DNA of 64,000 bases from Thermoplasmata archaeon. Its GTDB lineage: Archaea; Thermoplasmatota; Thermoplasmata; Lutacidiplasmatales; UBA184. The translations under genes were made by a program, and so were the position numbers. The notes under the pieces were generated by a model. The model was not told the DNA's origin, searched no databases, and worked only from the letters and a program-made list of their open reading frames with translations. Positions 36,817-43,733 of the stretch are shown here, piece by piece (the stretch's first letter is position 1; every line of letters begins with the position of its first letter). The DNA is taken from contig JAKAAX010000006.1 of the NCBI GenBank assembly GCA_021802125.1, positions 7,633 to 71,632 of the forward strand, written 5' to 3'.

Positions 36817-37925
36817 GCGCTTCCAGCCCCACCTCCCCCGCTTCCACCTCTTCCACCACTTCCACCTCTTCCAGCTCCTCCCCCTCTCCACCCGCTCCCC
36901 CCTCCGCGCTCTCCGTCTCAGCCTCAGCCTCGGGCACGGCCTCGGGCTCCGGGCGCGGGCCCTCCGTGCCGCCCACGATCTCCCGGTCCACCCCCCAACG
37001 CGTGTACGTCGTCCTCAACCCGTGGGCGGGTGGGCGGAAGGGCGAGCAGCGCTGGGCGGAGCTCGAGGTCCCGATCAAGACGCGCTTTCCGGTCCTCACG
37101 GTCCTGAGGACCACGCGTCCCCAGGAGGAGGCTGCCCTGGGGCGGCGCGCGGTTCGCGAGGGCGCGGACCTGGTCATCGCCGCCGGAGGCGACGGGACGC
37201 TCAGCGGGGTGGTCGACGGCGTCCTCTCCGAGCCTCCCATGACGCACGCCACTCCCCCGGCCCTCGCCGTGCTGCCCATCGGGAGCGGGAGCGACTTCGC
37301 GCGCGGGCTCGGACTTCCCAGGGACCCCGCCCAGGTGGTCCCGCTCATCGCCGCGGGCGCGCCGCGCGAGCTCGATGTCGGGCGTCTCACGTTCCTGGGT
37401 GAGACCCCACCGCGCGTGCGCTACTTCGTCAACCAGTCGTACGTGGGCTTCGGGGCAAAGGTCGTGCGGCGCGTCAACCAGAAGAAAGGCGGGGCCGGCC
37501 GGGAAGGCGCCTACTCGCGCGCCGTCCTCCCCGAGCTCTTCCACCACCACCCGCTGCCGGTGCACATGCAAGGTGCGGGAGCTCCGAAGGACACCTACGG
37601 GCTCAGCAATCTCGTGGTGGCCATCGGGAGGTACTCGGGCGGCGGCATGCTCTCCTCCCCAAACTCGGACCCCACCGACGGTCTCTTCGACATGATCTCC
37701 GTCGGACCCGTCTCGCGTCTGCGCCTGCTCTCCAACCTGTCCAAGTTCCGGTCCGGCAAGCACCTCGCGCTCAAGAACATCCTCTCCTGGCGGGGCATCC
37801 AGCTCCAGGTGGAGGCCCAGGGAGGGACCACGGCTGAGCAGATCGTCGAGGCGGACGGGGACGTCGTGGGGAACCTGCCGGTCCTCTACGAGGTCGTCCC
37901 CAAGGCGCTCACCTTCTGGGGGTGA
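36813..37925 (+). CDS. diacylglycerol-kinase-family lipid kinase (YegS/BmrU/DagK type) with Ser/Thr/Pro-rich N-terminus
   Basis: VVLNPWAGG and the catalytic loop VIAAGGDGTLSGVVDGV are present. GTG 36813 overlaps the glpD stop (GTGA). An alternative start at GTG 37002 would drop the low-complexity tail. Confidence 0.8.
   Translation: MSASSPTSPASTSSTTSTSSSSSPSPPAPPSALSVSASASGTASGSGRGPSVPPTISRSTPQRVYVVLNPWAGGRKGEQRWAELEVPIKTRFPVLTVLRTTRPQEEAALGRRAVREGADLVIAAGGDGTLSGVVDGVLSEPPMTHATPPALAVLPIGSGSDFARGLGLPRDPAQVVPLIAAGAPRELDVGRLTFLGETPPRVRYFVNQSYVGFGAKVVRRVNQKKGGAGREGAYSRAVLPELFHHHPLPVHMQGAGAPKDTYGLSNLVVAIGRYSGGGMLSSPNSDPTDGLFDMISVGPVSRLRLLSNLSKFRSGKHLALKNILSWRGIQLQVEAQGGTTAEQIVEADGDVVGNLPVLYEVVPKALTFWG
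36841..36876 (+). repeat. 2 x 18-nt tandem repeat (CTTCCACCTCTTCCA core) inside a pyrimidine-rich tract of roughly 100 nt
   Basis: CTTCCACCTCTTCCA occurs at 36841-36855 and 36859-36873. The plus strand is strongly C/T-biased from about 36818 to 36935. Confidence 0.7.
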
Positions 37926-38104
37926 GCTCCCGGGCGGCTTCGGAGGAGGTCTCCGGGGCTCGGGATTAGCGGTTCCCCGGATGCGCCGGGGATGGAACGC
38001 TGGTCGGCGAAAGCGAACGCGTCGTGCCCGGAGCGAAAGGACAGGGTGGATGGGGGAACTGGGGACGGGAGGGGTTTACCGGGCCCGTGCCTCGGGTTGG
38101 GGGT

Positions 38105-38806
38105 TCAGGGCGATTCAAGGGGAGCTGTGTGCCCGGGCCGATCGGCCCCCTCTCGTTCCCATTGCTGAAGTCGACGGGAGTTCTCCTGCAGACGGACCAG
38201 GCGCGCTCCCGCGTCATCGGCGAGCAAGTTCCGGGTGGCGGCGACGAGGAGCCGGTAAGGGGCACGGCCCTCCGCGAGCTCCTCGGGTGAATGGTAGGTC
38301 TCGAGCAGGTGGCTCTCCCCGTCGTCCCACGTCATGAGGCCGAAGCCGTCGCCGGGGACCCAGACGAGCATGATCGAGGAGAATCCGATCCCTTCGCTGC
38401 CGGGAATGTCCTCCCGGGCCACGACGAAGAGCTCGGGGGAGGAGGTCCCGGTCTCCTGGAGGATCTCCCCCATGATCTCGGCCCGGTGGAAGAGCTGGAG
38501 GGCGTTCTCGAGAGGCGAGCCGCTCCTCTCCTCCAGGGCTTGACGCGCGCGGAAGGAAGGGTGCCACCGGTGACCCTTCGCGGACCGGGAGACATCTCCC
38601 CCGCGGGCGTTCCGGGCCACTACCGACGGGTCCTCCCCACCCGTCGTCGGGGCCTCTTCCTTTCCGCGCGCCGCCCACTTCGGTATCGTGATCTCGTCGA
38701 GGCTCCTCGCCGACTGGTCGGTATGGCGAGACTCGCGTCCGCTCATTGAGGTCCTCAGAAGCCGAGGAGGGCGCTCGGCCCACCTTGACACCGTAGTTAT
38801 GCGCAT
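38105..38806 (-). CDS. hypothetical protein
   Basis: 233-aa ORF with good third-position GC. No motif recognised. An alternative start is ATG 38746. Confidence 0.45.
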   Translation of the reverse strand: MRITTVSRWAERPPRLLRTSMSGRESRHTDQSARSLDEITIPKWAARGKEEAPTTGGEDPSVVARNARGGDVSRSAKGHRWHPSFRARQALEERSGSPLENALQLFHRAEIMGEILQETGTSSPELFVVAREDIPGSEGIGFSSIMLVWVPGDGFGLMTWDDGESHLLETYHSPEELAEGRAPYRLLVAATRNLLADDAGARLVRLQENSRRLQQWEREGADRPGHTAPLESP

Positions 38807-38920
38807 GCCCGTACTTGAACGTTTTGAGCCGGGTCTCGAGCCAAGTTACGGAGGACGGACGAGAACGACGGCGGAGCGCCGCTCCACCGGAGGACCGTGG
38901 CCCTTCTCGAGCTCACGCGC

Positions 38921-39889
38921 TCACTCGAGGCCGCAACGGACCGAGGAGGTGCCCTCCGAGCGGCTCCCCCACGCGATGTTCGAGGTGTTCCGAGCCACGG
39001 CGAAGCGCCCTTTGCGGTCCACGGCCACGATGCCCACCGAGTCGTCCGGCATCTGGGCGATCGTCCGCTCGGCGGCGGCCTGGACGCCCTCGTGCCGGAG
39101 CCGATAGCGCTCGGCGATCGAGCGCGTCAGCATGTGTCGGATGATCACTTCCCCGATCCCGGTGGCAGAGATGCCCAGGTCCGGGTCGGCGTAGGTGCCG
39201 CAGCCGACGAGGGAGCTGTCCGAGACCCGTCCCTCCATCTTGAGGAAGATCCCTCCCGTGGAGGTCGCGGCGGCGAGGCGACCCTTGGCGTCGAGCGCGA
39301 CCGCGCCGACGGTCCCATGCAACAGCTCGGGGTGCTTCCGCACCAGCTTGCGAAGCGGGGTCCACCAGGCCGGGTGTCGCGACGGTCTCCCGTCGGACCA
39401 CCGGCCGCGGTCGCCCTTTCCTTTCTCGAGGTCGCGCCGGAGCTCCAGGTAGAGCTTGCGACGGGCGGGGGTCCCGATGCGCTCCTTCGGGAACCCCATC
39501 GCCTGCGCGAACCGGTCGACCCCCTTGCCGCAGAGGAGAACGTGCGGGGTCTCCTCCATGACCTTCCGAGCGACCGCGATCGCCCGCGGGGTCCACGTGA
39601 GGTTGGAGACCGCCCCGGCCTCCCCGCGGCCGGTCACGATCGCGGCGTCGAGCTCCGCCCGTCCCCGGAGGTTCAGGACAGCCCCGCGACCGCAGTTGAA
39701 CTTCCCGGAGTCCTCCATCCAGCGGACGGCCGCCGTCGCGGCCTCGGTCGCGTCATCGATCTCTCCCCACCCGGCTTCGAGGGCGGAACGGAGGCCCCGG
39801 AGCGCCTCCTCCCCGTGCTCGGGCGCGATGCGACCGGCCCCACCATGGACGATCAGGCGCCGCATGCGGAAGGCCGATTGGAACCCCAA
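38921..39889 (-). CDS. isoaspartyl peptidase / L-asparaginase (plant-type, Ntn hydrolase)
   Basis: IVHGGAG, NCGRGAVL, the autoprocessing site HGTVGAVALD, STGGI, GRVSDSSLVGCGTYAD and SATGIGE are present. The likely start is ATG 39865 (MRRLIVHGGAG). Confidence 0.85.
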   Translation of the reverse strand: MGFQSAFRMRRLIVHGGAGRIAPEHGEEALRGLRSALEAGWGEIDDATEAATAAVRWMEDSGKFNCGRGAVLNLRGRAELDAAIVTGRGEAGAVSNLTWTPRAIAVARKVMEETPHVLLCGKGVDRFAQAMGFPKERIGTPARRKLYLELRRDLEKGKGDRGRWSDGRPSRHPAWWTPLRKLVRKHPELLHGTVGAVALDAKGRLAAATSTGGIFLKMEGRVSDSSLVGCGTYADPDLGISATGIGEVIIRHMLTRSIAERYRLRHEGVQAAAERTIAQMPDDSVGIVAVDRKGRFAVARNTSNIAWGSRSEGTSSVRCGLE

Positions 39890-39931
39890 GATAAGCTCGC
39901 GCTCTAGGCGCCCGGAAGGGTTCCCCTCCCG

Positions 39932-40633
39932 TCACCCGAGCGTGTTCAGCAAGGCCGGGATCTGGGCGAGCGTCGTGACGGAGGTCACGCCCGCCGCGGT
40001 CGTCGCACCATGACGGTCCACGAGCACCGCGAACATCCCCGCCGAACGGGCCCCGACGATGTCCTTCGCGAGGTCGTCACCGACGAACAGGACCTCCGAG
40101 ACGGGGCGCTCGAGGCGATCGGCCACCGCGCGGAACAGCTTCGGGTCCGGCTTGTCCCACTCGGTGTCCTCGACCGAGAGGATCGCCCCGAAGTACCTCC
40201 CGACCCCGAGCCGCTCCAGCTCCGCGCGGACCTCGAGGGAGCTTCTCAGCGTCTGGGCCAGCACGCCCATCGGGATGCGTGAGGCGGCGAGGGCGCCCAG
40301 GCAGGGCAGAACCCCTCCGTAGAGCCCATGGACCCGTAGCGCGTCCCATTGCTCGTCGAGCCGGGCCAGAAGCTCCTCCTGGTCACCCGGGAGGGCGAGC
40401 ACCTCCAGGGCGGCCTGCAGGCAGTCGCGACGGACCTCCCGGCTCCATCGGTGACCCCGGGGCAGCCCCTGGTACTTCTCCCGCCATCGCCGGCGCGAGG
40501 CCGTCTCGGCCTTCTTGTAGGCCTCCGGAGGGCGTTCGTAACCCATGGGGTGGAGGATCTCCCGGAGCACCTCCTCTCCCGGCCGCTCTCGGACGAGCGT
40601 CCCCGCCCTGTCGAAGATCACGGCCCGGATCAT
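39932..40633 (-). CDS. HAD-superfamily hydrolase
   Basis: Motif I is VIFDRAGTL, where the second Asp is replaced by Ala as in haloacid-dehalogenase-type members. Motif IV is LFVGDDLAKDIVGARSAGM. Confidence 0.8.
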   Translation of the reverse strand: MIRAVIFDRAGTLVRERPGEEVLREILHPMGYERPPEAYKKAETASRRRWREKYQGLPRGHRWSREVRRDCLQAALEVLALPGDQEELLARLDEQWDALRVHGLYGGVLPCLGALAASRIPMGVLAQTLRSSLEVRAELERLGVGRYFGAILSVEDTEWDKPDPKLFRAVADRLERPVSEVLFVGDDLAKDIVGARSAGMFAVLVDRHGATTAAGVTSVTTLAQIPALLNTLG

Positions 40634-40659
40634 GGCGGCGAGTCAAATGCGCACGTTGG

Positions 40660-40671
40660 TATATATGTAAA
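40660..40671 (-). promoter_or_regulatory. TATA box region (TTTACATATATA on the minus strand) for the HAD hydrolase gene
   Basis: This is the most AT-rich spot in the window. It lies 27-38 nt upstream of ATG 40633. Confidence 0.55.
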
Positions 40672-40785
40672 TCATGACGGCCCTCGCGCCTCCGCCCGAA
40701 ACGTACGCGGGGGGTGGAAAGTTGAGAAGGACCGGGCAGCGGGGCGGTCCGGGGGAGGGGAGAGGCGGGGCCCGGAGGACCTTGA

Positions 40786-41970
40786 CTAGAGGTACTTCTC
40801 GATGAGGTTCTCGGTCGTGTCGAAGACGATCTTCTGACCGCTGAACGCTTTCTTGTTCATGTAGAACGAGGCCTTCGCCGAGTTCACCGCCGCCACGGGG
40901 AACTGGTCGGAGAGCGGCGCCACGACCATGCAGGTGTCCTGGATGACCTTGGCCCCGGCCTGACGCAGGACCTCCACCGCGGACGCGGTCTCCTGGATCA
41001 CCTGGCGGTTCGAACAGACCCAGAGCTCCGTGCCGGGTTTGAGCTTGCGGCCCTTCTGCTTGACCGCCTTGGCGATCTGGATGAGCTCCCCTTTCGTGCA
41101 GTGGGGGCAGCCGATCGCGACGAGCTGGGGGTTCTCGTCGCATCCCAGGCAGCGCTGGAACTCGCCCACCACCCCCGCGTCCACCTGGATCCGCTCCAGG
41201 CCGCGGACGTCCTGAAGGTGGGCCTCCGGGGTGACGCCCTCGACGTGCATCATCGGCACCGCCCCCCAGGCGGACATCGAGCTGCCGAGCTCCTTCAGTC
41301 CGTCGAGGTCGGGGCGGACGCCGCGGAAGTAGGGGATCTTGCGCCCGAGGAGCTTGCCCAGGTAGGCTCCCAGCACCGTGTAGCGAATGGGGCCCTTGGA
41401 GACGTCCACGTCGACCACGACCTGGGCCCTTCGGCCCTCCTGTCGGTGCAGGCCGTGGTCGGGGGTCTTCCCGAGCACGGCGCTGGCGAGGGCGCTCGGC
41501 GCCCCCTCCCGGTTGGAATAGGCCCCGAGCACGCTGTTCGCGTAGATCACCGCCGAACTCTCCGCCCAGGCGAGGTGCGCTCCCTTCGGGGGGGCGAAGT
41601 CCGTCGTGTAGGGGGTGCAGGTGAACGTCGGCACCGCGCCCATGGTCATGAGGGCCTTCACGATCCGGTCCTGCTTGGACCGGAAGTCGTCGCTCGTCCG
41701 GACGAGCCCGGGCCCTCCCACGTCGTACCCCGCAGGGTTGATCGTCGTGGGGACCGCGAACTTGACCTCCTGGGCCATCTCCTCCAGGAACTCGGTCCCG
41801 GCGGAGCCCATGGTCTTGTAGGAGATGCCGGAGAGCTGCACGGAGTAGATGGGGAGCAGCTTGCGAGCCCCGTACATCTCCCCCAGCGTGACGAGGATCT
41901 TCATGCACTCCTGCTTCCGGGGACCCCCCTCCCCCCGCAGGACCGCCTCCTCCTCGCGCGTGAGCTCCAT
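40786..41970 (-). CDS. aconitase X catalytic (large) subunit / DUF521, phosphomevalonate-dehydratase-like
   Basis: 394 aa starting at ATG 41970 (MELTREEEAVL). IYSVQLSG, TINPAG, FTCTPY, AWAESSAVIYANSVLGA and the Cys-containing GCPHCT are typical of AcnX large subunits. The track ORF extension to 42207 is rejected. Confidence 0.85.
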   Translation of the reverse strand: MELTREEEAVLRGEGGPRKQECMKILVTLGEMYGARKLLPIYSVQLSGISYKTMGSAGTEFLEEMAQEVKFAVPTTINPAGYDVGGPGLVRTSDDFRSKQDRIVKALMTMGAVPTFTCTPYTTDFAPPKGAHLAWAESSAVIYANSVLGAYSNREGAPSALASAVLGKTPDHGLHRQEGRRAQVVVDVDVSKGPIRYTVLGAYLGKLLGRKIPYFRGVRPDLDGLKELGSSMSAWGAVPMMHVEGVTPEAHLQDVRGLERIQVDAGVVGEFQRCLGCDENPQLVAIGCPHCTKGELIQIAKAVKQKGRKLKPGTELWVCSNRQVIQETASAVEVLRQAGAKVIQDTCMVVAPLSDQFPVAAVNSAKASFYMNKKAFSGQKIVFDTTENLIEKYL

Positions 41971-41996
41971 GGGTGCCGTTGGAACGCCTGCCCCGT

Positions 41997-42004
41997 GTAT
42001 TAAG
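41997..42004 (-). promoter_or_regulatory. TATA-like box (CTTAATAC on the minus strand) for the AcnX gene
   Basis: It lies 27-34 nt upstream of ATG 41970. Confidence 0.45.
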
Positions 42005-42103
42005 CCATCCCGGTGCGGTCGGTCTGACGACCTTCGAGGGCGGGGAAGGGTCCTCGGCACCCCCCCCCAGCAAGGCTCTTCTATCCCTCGAGATGCGAAC
42101 CCC

Positions 42104-42155
42104 ACGGCGATGAAGTCCGCCGCAACCGCCGGCCCGCGGCTGATGACTTCTACCT
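42104..42155 (+). promoter_or_regulatory. fluoride riboswitch (crcB RNA motif)
   Basis: ACGGCGAUGAAGUCCGCCGCAACCGCCGGCCCGCGGCUGAUGACUUCUACC is present. P1 is GGCG/CGCC and P3 is CCGC/GCGG. The pseudoknot pairs GAAGUC (42112-17) with GACUUC (42145-50). The conserved GAUG, AACCGCC and CUGAUGA..CUAC blocks are colinear with the crystallised Thermotoga petrophila aptamer. It ends about 50 nt upstream of the crcB start. Confidence 0.85.
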
Positions 42156-42206
42156 CCAAGCGGGCGAAGGACCCCACGAGGGGTCGGTCAGGAGGAGAAG
42201 CCGGCA

Positions 42207-42608
42207 ATGGACGAGACCCAGGCAGGACTGGTAGCCCTAGTGGCGATCGGAGGGGCGATCGGGAGCGTCGCGCGTTACGGCGTGAGCGGGCTCCTGTCGC
42301 GGAGTGATTTCCCCTGGGGCACCTTCGCGGTGAACCTGACGGGGACCTTTCTGCTCTCCTTCCTCTATTTCCTCTCGCTCGAGCGGGGCTTCCAGACGAC
42401 GGACCTCCGAACCTTCCTCTTCGTCGGAGTGTTCGGCGGCTACACGACGTTCTCGACCTTCGGGCTGGAGACGGTCCTCCTCTTCCGGGGAGGGGAGGTG
42501 CCCATGGCCGCCTTGAACATCCTCTTCAACGGCGGGCTCTGTGTGCTCGGGGCCTTCCTCGGGGCGGCCCTGGGGATCTTGCTGGGGGGGAGGGTTCCGT
42601 GGAGCTGA
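42207..42608 (+). CDS. crcB: fluoride ion channel CrcB/FluC
   Basis: GGAIGSVARY, GTFAVNLTGTFLL and GGYTTFSTF are present. An SD-like GGAGGAG lies at 42190-42196. Confidence 0.9.
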   Translation: MDETQAGLVALVAIGGAIGSVARYGVSGLLSRSDFPWGTFAVNLTGTFLLSFLYFLSLERGFQTTDLRTFLFVGVFGGYTTFSTFGLETVLLFRGGEVPMAALNILFNGGLCVLGAFLGAALGILLGGRVPWS

Positions 42609-42928
42609 AGGAGAAGACCGTCCGACTGAAGATCTACCTCGGGGAGTCCGACCACTACCGGGGGAAGCCCTCCTACCAGGCGGTGGTGCACCTGCTCCGA
42701 AAACGGGGGTTCTGGGGCGCCACGGTCACGAGGGGCATCTACGGCTACGGCAAGCGGAGCCTCCTGCACACCGCGTCGGTCCTGCGTCTGAGCGAGGACC
42801 TCCCGCTCATCATCGAGGTGGTCGAGTCGGAGGCCAAGGTCGAGGCGATCGTCCCGGAGCTCAGCGAGATGGTCAAGGGCGGGCTCATCACCGTGGAGGA
42901 CGTTCGCGTCCTCCGGCACATCGGCTAG
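42599..42928 (+). CDS. DUF190 domain protein (PII-like, crcB-associated)
   Basis: LKIYLGESDHYRGKPSYQAVVHLLRKRGFWGATVTRGIYGYG....LPLIIEVVE is present. It overlaps the crcB end by 10 nt. Confidence 0.85.
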   Translation: MELKEKTVRLKIYLGESDHYRGKPSYQAVVHLLRKRGFWGATVTRGIYGYGKRSLLHTASVLRLSEDLPLIIEVVESEAKVEAIVPELSEMVKGGLITVEDVRVLRHIG

Positions 42929-42994
42929 CCACGCCCGGCGTGGCCCGCGCCCCGCGCGAGGGGGCCGAAGGCTTGACATGCGTTCATTTTTTAC

Positions 42995-43648
42995 GTGCGT
43001 ATGGAAATGCGCGCCCGGGCGGTCGGCGTCGGCATCGCGTTCCTCATCATCGGTCTCGTGTTCTTCCTGGTCCCGATCACGGGACAGTCGGTGGGCTCCT
43101 ACACGTACTACTCCGGCACCTCCGCGCCCTACGACTTCTTCGAGCCCTCCTTGACCCCCGGGACGCTTACGTTCCACGTGGACGCCTTCGCCGCCACCAC
43201 GGTCACGATCTCGGTCTACTCCTGCGGCTCCGACACGTCCTGCAGCGGGGGGTCGACCTACCAGACCACCAAGGACCTGGTCGCCCAGGCCAGCGGCGCG
43301 GACCCCAGCCTCACCTTCACGGGAGCCTCGGGCACGGGCTACGAGGTGTACTCCAGCGCAAGCTCGTCCATCGATGTCAGCTACGACGGACCGCTCTTTG
43401 GAGGGTTCTTCGGAGCCGCCTTCGCCGTCCTGGGCGCCCTCCTCTTCGTCGGAGGGCTCCTCGCCAAGCCCATGAAGCGCGGGTCGCCCGGGGGCACCAA
43501 GGCCGCCTCGACACTGCGCTCCTCCGGAGGCGTCATCCCGGCTTCCGCGTTGCCTCCGACGCCCCCCTCCCCTGCTCCCGGGGGCGGCGCCGGCATCGCG
43601 GGCTACTCGGGCACCCCCGGGGAGCCCTACGCGCCTCCCCCGAAGTAG
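42995..43648 (+). CDS. hypothetical membrane-anchored protein (N- and C-terminal TM helices, S/T/G-rich middle, Pro-rich tail)
   Basis: 217-aa ORF with a T-rich TATA-like CATTTTTTAC at 42985-42994. The true start is probably ATG 43001 or 43007. Confidence 0.5.
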   Translation: MRMEMRARAVGVGIAFLIIGLVFFLVPITGQSVGSYTYYSGTSAPYDFFEPSLTPGTLTFHVDAFAATTVTISVYSCGSDTSCSGGSTYQTTKDLVAQASGADPSLTFTGASGTGYEVYSSASSSIDVSYDGPLFGGFFGAAFAVLGALLFVGGLLAKPMKRGSPGGTKAASTLRSSGGVIPASALPPTPPSPAPGGGAGIAGYSGTPGEPYAPPPK

Positions 43649-43733
43649 GGTCGGGCGCCCGTCCCGCCGGCGCTTCCGCTCCTAGCTAGAGGACCGGTCG
43701 GTCCCACCACCGCGGGGAAGGCGGCCCCGTCCC

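Noticed and set aside
41971-42207. N-terminal 79-aa extension of the AcnX ORF (track 40786..42207).
   Set aside because: The extension has no AcnX homology and is antisense to the fluoride riboswitch and the crcB promoter. ATG 41970 has a correctly spaced TATA-like box.
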